Source of the DNA: Oligoflexia bacterium
GTDB lineage: Bacteria > Bdellovibrionota > Bdellovibrionia > JABDDW01
Length of the DNA: 41,035 nt
Direction of reading: 5' to 3'
Assembly (NCBI GenBank): GCA_043732305.1
Contig: JAYTHU010000037.1
Location: 1-41,035 of the forward strand
The translations under genes and the position numbers were made by a program. Below, piece after piece: positions 1-8,441 of this stretch (its first letter is position 1; each line of letters opens with the position of its first letter). Below the pieces are notes generated by a model. That model did not search any database and was not told where the DNA came from. It saw only the letters and a list, made by a program, of their open reading frames with translations.

Positions 1-57
1 GATTCTGTGTCGTAACAAAATCAAACCACAGTGGACGGGGATGGACAATTCTTGTCT

Positions 58-470
58 CTACATACATTCAAATACCAAGGCTTTTACCGGGGAACCCAAA
101 CTTTCATCATAAATTTTCTGAGCATTACGAATCGCGTTCTTCGCTTAAAGTGTAGTGAGAGGTCTTTCTCGGCACCGGGTTAACGGTAGGCCACGGCAAA
201 GTCTTTCATATATTTATACTTCATGAGCTGCTTTGAAAACTTCGGATCATATCGGGCCACTTCTTTTGCCAACTCATCAATCCGGTAGGTTTTCAGAAAA
301 CGAATTTTATGAAAAGCCAAAAGTCCCGTGAGAGATTTTTCCGCGCACTGCTGGGAATGAAAGGCTGAAATGTTTTTGAACTCGGAGCTGTGTTCCAAAC
401 TGTATTTGGCTATTTGCAGATCCCGTGAAGCGTATGAAAACCATTGCTTAACTATTTTTGATTCAGCCAA
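58..470 (-). pseudogene. HEPN-domain toxin (MNT-HEPN pair), disrupted
   Basis: TTG start at 470 after GGAG, overlapping the MNT stop. HEPN motifs W..A..DL..A and AFHSQQCAEKSL are present. TAA at 180-182 sits where the Y of the conserved RYP motif belongs (TAC CGT TAA CCC GGT). A HEPN-like tail (PLTTL*AKNAIRNAQKIYDE) continues in a shifted frame with a second stop. Confidence 0.75.
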
Positions 471-789
471 GGTCAATCTCCACGCCGGTATTACGAGCTG
501 TTTCAGGAATGGAGCTGAACTCGTCTTTCCACTCATCAAATTCTTTTTGAGAATAAACAAAAACATCGGCGGCGACGGCACACTTGTCTCGCAGTAAATC
601 CCCCGCTCTGGACATGTTTTTCATGCGTCCGCGCCTATTACCAGGCACCACCAATACAAAATCGTAGTCACTGTCAGGCTTGGCGTTGCCATTGGCTTGT
701 GAACCAAATAGGAACATTCGGCTAGGCTTAAACTCGGCTTTTAGAACTTTGATGATTTGATTTAGTTTTTTCTTCAACGGTTGACGCAT
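463..789 (-). CDS. Minimal nucleotidyltransferase (MNT) antitoxin
   Basis: LFGSQANGNAKPDSDYDFVLV is the GS..DxD Pol-beta-type motif. Directly upstream of and overlapping the HEPN gene. ATG at 789 preferred as start. Confidence 0.88.
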   Translation of the reverse strand: MRQPLKKKLNQIIKVLKAEFKPSRMFLFGSQANGNAKPDSDYDFVLVVPGNRRGRMKNMSRAGDLLRDKCAVAADVFVYSQKEFDEWKDEFSSIPETARNTGVEIDLG

Positions 790-837
790 GGGGGAATTTT
801 TAACTGGAATGAAGGTGAAAGTCAAAGCGGCAGAATC

Positions 838-856
838 AGTGTGCCCAAAGTGTGCC
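838..856. repeat. Tandem direct repeat AGTGTGCC x2 (11-bp period), probable integrase arm-type binding sites
   Basis: AGTGTGCC at 838-845 and 849-856, about 160 bp from a tRNA 3' fragment. Confidence 0.45.
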
Positions 857-1011
857 GAGAACCCAGAGGAATGAGCCGGAATTGACAGTAAAAGAAGGGA
901 AACCGTTCGGCGGTAAACAGATCAATCAAAGGCTTGATCCAACTTGCCTTTTTTCATAACTACTTATTAGGCTTGAGTAATTGCGGACCATCAGAAATGG
1001 TGCTTATTCCC

Positions 1012-1131
1012 ACTATGAATCTGCGGGTCACTGGTTCGACAAAAATAGCAGGAAGCTATTTTTGGACTCTACGAAGTTGAGGCTCGCAGAGCCGATGGCA
1101 CGAGCCTAAGTCAATCCAGTCGTCCACACCA
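1012..1131 (+). pseudogene. tRNA 3' half (probably Arg-ACG-derived), att-site remnant, with a 74-nt insertion in the T-loop
   Basis: CTATGAA (anticodon-loop-like), TCTGC, GGGTC, ACTGG-TTCGA [1040-1113 insert] AT-CCAGT, CGTCCAC-A-CCA. The T-stem ACTGG/CCAGT is perfect and the CCA end is present. No D-arm or 5' half lies upstream. Confidence 0.75.
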
Positions 1132-1154
1132 ATAAAATCCTTATCAATATTCTC

Positions 1155-1186
1155 TTTACCTTATACTTAGGTATAGGGTTTAAACT
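1155..1186 (+). promoter_or_regulatory. MerR-type promoter with long spacer and operator dyad
   Basis: -35 TTTACC (1155-1160), 20-bp spacer, -10 TAAACT (1181-1186). Dyad ACCTTATAC-TTAG-GTATAGGGT (1158-1179). The ATG begins 6 nt after the -10 with no SD, implying a leaderless transcript. Confidence 0.8.
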
Positions 1187-1192
1187 AATATT

Positions 1193-1585
1193 ATGAAAAT
1201 CGGAGATTTGGCTAAAGCCGGCACAGTTAATATTCAAACACTTCGTTACTATGAACGCATAGGCATTCTAAAACCAACCGCCCGGAAAGACTCTGGGTAC
1301 AGAGCCTATGACAACGATTCTCTCAAAAGATTGCTTTTTATTAAACGATCCCAAGAATTAGGATTTACGCTTTCTGAAATCAAAGAACTTCTCACTTTTA
1401 GAGGAATGGATCGCAAGTCACGTGAAAGAACTCGGGCAAAAGCAAAAATTAAAGTGATCGAGATAAAAGAGAAAATTCATCATCTGAAGGATCTACAGAA
1501 TGCTTTGGAGTTGTTGATCGAAGACTGTAAAAACGGCGAACAAATTGCCCCTTGTCCGATTATAGAAAGGTTAGAGGGAAGATAA
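1193..1585 (+). CDS. Heavy-metal-responsive MerR-family regulator
   Basis: MKIGDLAK..VNIQTLRYYERIGIL HTH; C-terminal C-X8-CPII metal-binding loop. Confidence 0.92.
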   Translation: MKIGDLAKAGTVNIQTLRYYERIGILKPTARKDSGYRAYDNDSLKRLLFIKRSQELGFTLSEIKELLTFRGMDRKSRERTRAKAKIKVIEIKEKIHHLKDLQNALELLIEDCKNGEQIAPCPIIERLEGR

Positions 1586-2739
1586 TATTCATTATTCATC
1601 TGATTGGCTCCGGTCTGTTTGCTGCCGCAGGAATGTTGTGGAGCATGTTGTGGGCACTTATCTTAGGGTTTGGTCTGTCGGGCGTTATTATGACCTTTGT
1701 GTCGAAGGACAAAATGGTAAATGCCCTTGGTAAGACAGGGCCAAAACAAATTGCCACGGCTACATTTTTAGGCGCCCTAAGCTCCTCTTGTTCGTACGCT
1801 GCGGCAGCCATGGCTCGCACCCTATTCCAAAAAGGGGCTCACATTATTCCTTCTTTGGCATTCATGTTGGCCTCGACAAATCTGGTTATCGAATTGAGTG
1901 CGGTCCTTTGGGTCATGATGGGATGGCAATTTGTAGTTGCAGAATTTTTCGGTGGGCTCATTCTTGTCACCATCATGTCGATCCTTATGTATTATTTTTC
2001 GCCACTCAAAGATTTTGACAAAATCAGAGAAAACTTAAATAAGTTGCACTCATCTCAAGATGACCATCATCATGGCGATAGCCAAGAGTCACCGGCCAAT
2101 CCCAAAACTTTCGAAGGCTGGAGTTTAGTCGGACAATCATTTGTTTCTGAATGGAAAATGATTGGAAAGGACATTTTAGTTGGGGTGGTCATCTCTGGGT
2201 TTTTAATGGCTCTCGTGCCAGATACTTTTTGGCAAACTCTTTTCTTACAAAATGGTGGGGTAGACACCTTCAGTTTTTGGCGAGCGTTAGAAAATGCCTT
2301 GGTCGGCCCATTGGTTTCTGTCTTTAGCTTTGTTTGCTCGGTGGGAAACATTCCACTTGCGAATGTTCTTTATCACGGCGGAATTAGTTTTGGTGGAGCT
2401 CTCTCTTTTATCTACGCTGATCTAATTATAATTCCTATGATTCTCATTTATAAAAAAAATTACGGTATTCGTGGCGCAATCTGGATCACTGGGATTTTCT
2501 ATACCTCAATGGTGGCTACTGGAATGATCGTGGATCTATGTTTTCATTTTCTAGGCTTGATTCCGCGACACCATGAAATGCCCGAAATGCCTGGGATGCC
2601 CGAGATGAATAACATGAAGTTTTTTAATTGGAATTATACAACCTGGCTCAACATTTTTTTCCTAATTGCTGCTGGGATACTTATTTGGTTATCAAAAAGA
2701 AAGGATGCGCCATCCGAATCCGCAGGATGCTGCCACTAA
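1582..2739 (+). CDS. Permease (ArsP/DUF318-like), probable metal transporter
   Basis: Multiple TM helices; SSCSYAA and VCSVGNIP Cys motifs; His-rich loop; Met-rich tail ending GCCH. The start is uncertain (ATA at 1582 or ATG at 1633). Confidence 0.8.
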   Translation: MIFIIHLIGSGLFAAAGMLWSMLWALILGFGLSGVIMTFVSKDKMVNALGKTGPKQIATATFLGALSSSCSYAAAAMARTLFQKGAHIIPSLAFMLASTNLVIELSAVLWVMMGWQFVVAEFFGGLILVTIMSILMYYFSPLKDFDKIRENLNKLHSSQDDHHHGDSQESPANPKTFEGWSLVGQSFVSEWKMIGKDILVGVVISGFLMALVPDTFWQTLFLQNGGVDTFSFWRALENALVGPLVSVFSFVCSVGNIPLANVLYHGGISFGGALSFIYADLIIIPMILIYKKNYGIRGAIWITGIFYTSMVATGMIVDLCFHFLGLIPRHHEMPEMPGMPEMNNMKFFNWNYTTWLNIFFLIAAGILIWLSKRKDAPSESAGCCH

Positions 2740-2744
2740 TTAAT

Positions 2745-3986
2745 ATGAAAACTACTTTTTTTATTTGCGCCCTTTTAATTTCCATAAACGTTTTCGCTCA
2801 AAATAAATCGACAGAATGCAGTGATATGGAAGTTTATGACGTTTCGATGGGGATGTGCATGCCTCTTCCTATGAAAGATATGCCAATGACGATGCTTATG
2901 ATTCACGGGAATGGTTTTCTTGCTGGCATAAATGAAAGTGGCCCTAGAGGAAGGAATACGTTTGCTGCGCCAAATATGTTTATGGGAGATTTAGGAACCA
3001 GCATTGGTGATCGCCATTACGTCAATCTAGATTTCATGGGAACCGTAGAGCGGTGGTCGATTCCGGATCAAGGTTATCCTGAGCTTTTACAAATCGGCGA
3101 AGAAAACAATCAAGGAATTCCTTACCTTGATGCGCAACATCCTCACAGCTCTCCTATAATGGGCTTAACTTTGAGCGACACCATTAGTTTTGGTGGAGAT
3201 AAAAATCATATTAAAATATTTATTGCTCCTCGTGGCGAAGCCACTGACGGGCCAGTGGCTTTCATGCATAGAGTTACAGGAATGATAAATCCAGACGCAC
3301 CACTTGGACATCACATCGGTCAAGATGTGGGACATATCACAAGTACTGTCATCGGTGAATCACTGAAGATTGGTGCTACCGGCTTTGAAGCTTCTACTTA
3401 TCACGGAGCGGAACCCAAACCTCAAAATGTAGATTTACCGATTGGGAATCTTGACTCTTATTCTTTTAGATTGATCGAAGAATTTTCACCAAAGTTTATC
3501 GCAATGGCGTCTTATGCGTATGTCTCAAACCCTGAGCTAAATAATCCAGACATAACTTTTGAAAATCGTTTTTCGGCATCCATTTATAATAGTTTTTCAA
3601 TTTTCCACGATTGGAGTTTTGATAACACTCTCATTTGGGGATCAGTCTCAAATTACGATCACGCATCAACGTTGACTTCATTTGCAGAGGAATTTCTTTT
3701 TAAAGGTATAGCCCCACGGATCTGGGGACGCATCGAAGTACTTCAGAGAACTCCCAACGAACTTCAAATTCAGACATCAGCCGATGCAAACGCAGGGCAA
3801 TGGGTTACTGCAATAACTTTTGGTTACACACACAGGGTTGCGAATTGGGAATCTGCCGAGGTAGGTATAGGAGGATCAGTGACCACCGATTTTTTACCGC
3901 AAAGCTATCAAGGTGCTTACGGTGGAAACCCTTGGACAGGAAAATTATTTGTGCAGGTCAGCGGTATGAAAATGCTGAATCTATGA
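2745..3986 (+). CDS. Secreted/outer-membrane protein with Met/Cys-rich N-terminus, probable metal-related beta-barrel
   Basis: Signal peptide MKTTFFICALLISINVFA; CSDMEVYDVSMGMCMPLPMKDMPM; QHPH and GHH motifs; alternating beta-strand pattern; third gene of the merR operon. Confidence 0.6.
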   Translation: MKTTFFICALLISINVFAQNKSTECSDMEVYDVSMGMCMPLPMKDMPMTMLMIHGNGFLAGINESGPRGRNTFAAPNMFMGDLGTSIGDRHYVNLDFMGTVERWSIPDQGYPELLQIGEENNQGIPYLDAQHPHSSPIMGLTLSDTISFGGDKNHIKIFIAPRGEATDGPVAFMHRVTGMINPDAPLGHHIGQDVGHITSTVIGESLKIGATGFEASTYHGAEPKPQNVDLPIGNLDSYSFRLIEEFSPKFIAMASYAYVSNPELNNPDITFENRFSASIYNSFSIFHDWSFDNTLIWGSVSNYDHASTLTSFAEEFLFKGIAPRIWGRIEVLQRTPNELQIQTSADANAGQWVTAITFGYTHRVANWESAEVGIGGSVTTDFLPQSYQGAYGGNPWTGKLFVQVSGMKMLNL

Positions 3987-4000
3987 TGTTGTCAGTCATG

Positions 4001-6136
4001 TTAGCCGCGCTTCTCATTCATTAAGTTGAGAAGTTCCATGGCGGCGCGGGCATCACACATGGCGCGGTGATGAGAGTCCAAAGAAATTTGAAAATGTTGA
4101 GTTAGATTTTTTAGACTGTAAGAAGGCAGGCCCGGGTACGCTTTTTTCATTCCAGCAGATGTGCATATTTGGGGACGAACAAAGTCAATTTCGTTTCGAG
4201 CGAACTCTCGCTGAATAAACGAATAATCAAATCGCACATTGTGAGCCACAAAAATTGAACCTTCAAGAAAAACAGAAAACTGTGCAGCGATCTCAGAAAA
4301 TGACGGCGCGCTCGCAACCATGTCATCGGTGATTCCCGTGAGCTGCGTGATGAATGGAGGGATTTTTCTTCCTGGATTAATCAACGTTTGGAATTCATCA
4401 ATGACTTTTCCATTCTGAACTTTTAGCGCCCCAATTTCCGTGATCCGATTATAAGTGGCCTGACTTCCCGTTGTTTCTATATCCACTACAACATAAATTT
4501 GATTTGGGTCAGGAAGCCATTTCACTTTGAGAACTTCCACCTCAAAGCCGGCTTCTTTTAATAGTCTTAATTTGACTACTTGATTCATCCGAAGAGAGTC
4601 ACCTTCGGCTTTGACTTCAATAAAAGAAAGGACGCCATCTTTCTCAATCATTAAATCCGGAAATCCCGAGTGATAATCCGTGAACTGCTTAGCCATGGTT
4701 CGCAACACAAAGGAAACATCTTGAGTACGCGAGTGCTCAACAAAATGCACTAATATTTCAAGTAGAGTTTTATGCCAGCCAAAAACATTATTCAATTGGC
4801 CGTATTTTTTCTCTACGGTTTCGGAAAGGACAGATTTGACAAGGGTCAGATTTGTGAGCAAATGCAGTTTTACTTCGAGTTCTGCCTGATGCTTCAAATA
4901 AAAATCTGAACCCGCAAGATCTGAAGGCCCACGCTCGAATGAACTAAAGATCGCGGATTTATCCGATTCGAAAAGTTCTTCCCAAAACAATACTCCAAAC
5001 AAACTCACCCAAAGGTGATTCTCAGTGAAGCGGGTCTTGTATCCTTGCGCCTCAAAGAATTCCTGGACGCCCGATTCAGGTTTTTTGAGAAATGCCTCAC
5101 TCAAAGAAATTTCTCGGGAGCTATTTAAAATCTCCGTCAGATATCCTAGACGTTTTTTCCCAAATTTGCGGGCTTCGAAATCTTCGGCAAAAATAAGTTC
5201 TTCTATATTGCGCGGTGCTTGCTGAATAATTTCGAGTAGCTCTTGGCATTCGGGTTTTCGATCCAAGCGGTAAAGAATTCTCGCCGCCCGCTCCCTTGCA
5301 TCAGGATGATGGCTATAACTCAACACCTCAAGGGAAAACTCTGCTTTGGAATTCTCAACTGCAGCAGCAATTTCTAAAAGTAAAATATTCTTTAACTGAG
5401 ATGATACAGGGGAAAGATTTTCATAACTTTTCACGATGTGAAAAAGACTCATAAACTCTTCTAAAGAACTTAAATTTGATACTTCTCTGAGACTTTTTGA
5501 AAAAAAGTATTCCGTTTGAGCTAACTCAAGAGTTTCGAAACGTGCTTTGAAATCACTTTTAAAACTTTGCGTCTGGCGAATCCCCAAATCTCGCAAAGTA
5601 TAGAGCGACAAGCTTTCCTGAATTTCCCCGAAAGCGAGGAATAAGAGATATTCCAATTCAGGTCCATAAGCTTGTGCCACTAAGCTTTCATATCCGGTGT
5701 ATTTTTCTAACTGCATCCATTCCAAGTTTGCTTGCGCCAATGAAACCAGCTCATCCCTTGAGGGTTTACCTTCAATAGAAATCTCATTGGCAAGAATCCA
5801 TCTTTGAAGCTTAGGTTTTGTTGCAAACTTGATTAGATTTGGAACATGACTCCCAACTAAACTTGTCGCAAATCCGCTGTCTTGAAGTTCCTGAACACAA
5901 GCCAACGGATTTTGTATTTCTACATACTTAGAAAATTCCGCGCGATCGAACACATTGGATTTGCGATTCACCATGCGAATAAACACACACTGAGCATCTT
6001 CAGAAAGTTCGCGAAATTTTTGTAAAAATTTAGCCTGCGCTTCCTCAATGAGTTTCCCGTTAGAAGTTTCGAGAAACTCTATCAACTCAAAAAAATGCGT
6101 TCGATAATATTTCGGAGGTAAAACTGGCAAAGACAT
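4001..6136 (-). CDS. FAN1-like VRR-NUC nuclease fused to a DEDDh (DnaQ-like) 3'-5' exonuclease
   Basis: FAN1-like N-terminus (LPPKYY..HF); GFPDL...IEVK..GD.L...Q (PD-(D/E)xK); C-terminal VVDIETTG, AHNVRFD and HHRAMCDA. Confidence 0.88.
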   Translation of the reverse strand: MSLPVLPPKYYRTHFFELIEFLETSNGKLIEEAQAKFLQKFRELSEDAQCVFIRMVNRKSNVFDRAEFSKYVEIQNPLACVQELQDSGFATSLVGSHVPNLIKFATKPKLQRWILANEISIEGKPSRDELVSLAQANLEWMQLEKYTGYESLVAQAYGPELEYLLFLAFGEIQESLSLYTLRDLGIRQTQSFKSDFKARFETLELAQTEYFFSKSLREVSNLSSLEEFMSLFHIVKSYENLSPVSSQLKNILLLEIAAAVENSKAEFSLEVLSYSHHPDARERAARILYRLDRKPECQELLEIIQQAPRNIEELIFAEDFEARKFGKKRLGYLTEILNSSREISLSEAFLKKPESGVQEFFEAQGYKTRFTENHLWVSLFGVLFWEELFESDKSAIFSSFERGPSDLAGSDFYLKHQAELEVKLHLLTNLTLVKSVLSETVEKKYGQLNNVFGWHKTLLEILVHFVEHSRTQDVSFVLRTMAKQFTDYHSGFPDLMIEKDGVLSFIEVKAEGDSLRMNQVVKLRLLKEAGFEVEVLKVKWLPDPNQIYVVVDIETTGSQATYNRITEIGALKVQNGKVIDEFQTLINPGRKIPPFITQLTGITDDMVASAPSFSEIAAQFSVFLEGSIFVAHNVRFDYSFIQREFARNEIDFVRPQICTSAGMKKAYPGLPSYSLKNLTQHFQISLDSHHRAMCDARAAMELLNLMNEKRG

Positions 6137-6173
6137 ACTCCGTATGTACTACGAAGTTCATGACCTGACAATT

Positions 6174-7412
6174 TTAATTCTTAGTGTCTGCTTTCACTCG
6201 CAAATGGATAAAGTACATCATGACGGTGGTGATGGCAGAAGTGGCAACTAAAATGTAACCAAGAGAATCAAAATGCAAAAGTTTTCCGCCCGCGTCTTCT
6301 TTCACTACTAGACCCGCAACAATAGAAGCAAGTCCGCCGGAAAGTTGCTGCAAAGAAGAACTAACGGCCATAAAAGAACCTCTATTCGTAGCGTCCGGAA
6401 TAGCTGACATCAGTGCTTGTGAGGGAATCATTCTTGAAAAAATTCCCACAAACATAATCGCATTTACCGCTACCACCCAACCAAGTGGAGTGACACCAAG
6501 ATTGGTGTAGATCACAACCATGATCGCCGACAACAGCGCTCCAAAAACAAAAGTATTATATTTTCCAAAAGAATCGCTGAGTCTCCCCACTAGAGGCCCC
6601 GTGGCCATGGCACAACATCCAGTGAACAAATAAATCATTGGCAATCGAGACATCTGAATCCCAAGATTATTTACTGTGAACGCGCTTCCAAAAGGCATCA
6701 GCATATACCCTCCTAAACTAAGCAGAGCTGTCGCCGCAAAAGGCAGAAAGTAACGAGTGTTAGTGAGTGTGATGAAAAGATGATGGAAAGGATTGCGGTC
6801 CGTGCGCAATTTTAAATGCAGGTCGATAGGTTTCAAATAGATGAGAATGAGTACGCCTACAATCGAAGAAACGCCTACGATCATCAAAAATGGCGCATGC
6901 CAGCCCCAACGATTGGCTAAAAAAAGTCCAATGGGAATTCCTAGAATTTGACTGCCCGCAAACGAGGACTGAACAACTCCCATGACTCGACCGCGCATTT
7001 GAAAAGTAAAAAGATCTGCGGTGATAGCCAGAATAATCGAACCTATGACTCCGCCAAAGATGCCCGTACATATTCGCGCAAGTAGCAGGAAGTGAAAATT
7101 AGGTGCAAGACCACAGAAAAACGTGCCAAGCAAAAAACCTGCGTAGAAAAATAGCAGCAATTTTTTGCGATCAAACCGATCTGCGAATCCTGCGGCGAAA
7201 ATACCGGAAAGTCCTGCGCTGAAGGCATAAGCCGAAACAACCACCCCAAATTGGGAGGGCGAAATTTTTAAAGCTGGCATCAGTATCGCACCCAAAGGCG
7301 AGATGATCATGAAATCCAGAATGATTGTGAATTGCAGAAAAGCCAACATCGCGACCACAAATTTCTGGTAACGCGTAAATTTAGACAACACTTGAGTATT
7401 AATTTCCGGCAT
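6174..7412 (-). CDS. MFS transporter (DHA1-like)
   Basis: About 12 TM helices; motif A ADRFDRK and GRLSDSFGK. Confidence 0.9.
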   Translation of the reverse strand: MPEINTQVLSKFTRYQKFVVAMLAFLQFTIILDFMIISPLGAILMPALKISPSQFGVVVSAYAFSAGLSGIFAAGFADRFDRKKLLLFFYAGFLLGTFFCGLAPNFHFLLLARICTGIFGGVIGSIILAITADLFTFQMRGRVMGVVQSSFAGSQILGIPIGLFLANRWGWHAPFLMIVGVSSIVGVLILIYLKPIDLHLKLRTDRNPFHHLFITLTNTRYFLPFAATALLSLGGYMLMPFGSAFTVNNLGIQMSRLPMIYLFTGCCAMATGPLVGRLSDSFGKYNTFVFGALLSAIMVVIYTNLGVTPLGWVVAVNAIMFVGIFSRMIPSQALMSAIPDATNRGSFMAVSSSLQQLSGGLASIVAGLVVKEDAGGKLLHFDSLGYILVATSAITTVMMYFIHLRVKADTKN

Positions 7413-7504
7413 TTCTATTCCTTGCGTGGATTGGTATCCCTAAGACTAAACTATTTTTCTTAATTTATTGTGAAAAAAGGAGACAACCATGATTGAATGA
7501 TTCC

Positions 7505-8320
7505 ATGAAAAACCTTGCGCTCACTTTGCTTTTTATTTTTACCTCAAGCTATGTTCAAGCTCAAGAAATGACATTTAAAAATCATGGCAAAGTTTTGAAG
7601 ACCCTTAATCTGATACAAATGGAAAAACTTTCGCCCTCACAGATTGTAACAGTCGATGACCCAAATGAAAAAACAAAAATTAAATTCAGAGCTATCGCAT
7701 TAAACGCCCTGCTCAATGAAATATATGGAAGAAGCTGGGCTAAAGATGAGGAAATGCTTTTCACTTGCCTAGATGGCTACCAACCGTCTTTGCCTGTGGC
7801 GCAATTTATTTCATCTGAAGGCGAAGGCGAAGCTTTTTTAGCTTTCGAGAGGATTGGCTCAAAAAATTTAATCATCGAAAATAAAACAGAGGGTGGAAAA
7901 AAAATAGCTGCTGGACCATTTTATCTTGTATGGAATAAATCCGTAGATGGATCTTCCTGGCCGTATCAACTGACAACTTTCGATCTCACCACATTCATTG
8001 AACATTCTCCAAAACTTGCTCCGCCTGAGAATAGTTCCGCAAAAGCAAAAAGAGGTTTTCTAGCTTTTCGAAAAAACTGTGCCCTCTGCCATGCGATGAA
8101 TGGAGATGGGGCGCACATTGGCCCGGAGCTTAATTATCCGGTGAACGTGACAGAGTATTATAAAATCTCATTTTTAAAAAAATGGATTGATAATCCTGCT
8201 AGTATACGGCTTCGTTCACATATGCCCGCACTTCACAGTGATATAGCGAATCGCACTGAAACTATTGATGAAATTGTAGCGTATCTGCAATCAATGGTTC
8301 ACCGCAAAATCAAACCCTAA
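7505..8320 (+). CDS. Periplasmic monoheme cytochrome c with an additional N-terminal domain
   Basis: Signal peptide; CALCH heme motif, GPELN and a distal Met in SHMP; N-terminal FTCLDGY..GPFYLVW..WPYQL segment. Confidence 0.75.
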   Translation: MKNLALTLLFIFTSSYVQAQEMTFKNHGKVLKTLNLIQMEKLSPSQIVTVDDPNEKTKIKFRAIALNALLNEIYGRSWAKDEEMLFTCLDGYQPSLPVAQFISSEGEGEAFLAFERIGSKNLIIENKTEGGKKIAAGPFYLVWNKSVDGSSWPYQLTTFDLTTFIEHSPKLAPPENSSAKAKRGFLAFRKNCALCHAMNGDGAHIGPELNYPVNVTEYYKISFLKKWIDNPASIRLRSHMPALHSDIANRTETIDEIVAYLQSMVHRKIKP

Positions 8321-8391
8321 CGAGCATCTTATCCGGCCGGATATTTTCGGACGGTATTTTCACTCCACAAGAAAACTAGCCGAGGGCATGC

Positions 8392-8407
8392 GGGCAGAAT
8401 CTTTGCA
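8392..8407 (+). promoter_or_regulatory. Candidate sigma54 promoter
   Basis: GGGCAGAATCTTTGCA = GG-N10-GC, about 35 nt upstream of the SD-preceded ATG at 8442. Confidence 0.5.
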
Positions 8408-8441
8408 AAAGTCTCTTTTGAACATAAAGGAGACATCAAAA

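Noticed and set aside
31..37. GTGGACG, the exact complement of the tRNA fragment's acceptor strand CGTCCAC (possible split tRNA 5' half)
   Set aside because: No TAGCTCA/D-arm follows; a 7-mer match is plausible by chance.
180..581. 133-aa ORF as listed in the track
   Set aside because: The N-terminal part overlaps the MNT gene in another frame; the HEPN-like sequence begins at TTG 470.
2628..2744. N-terminal extension of the 452-aa ORF
   Set aside because: Overlaps the permease; the signal peptide starts at ATG 2745.
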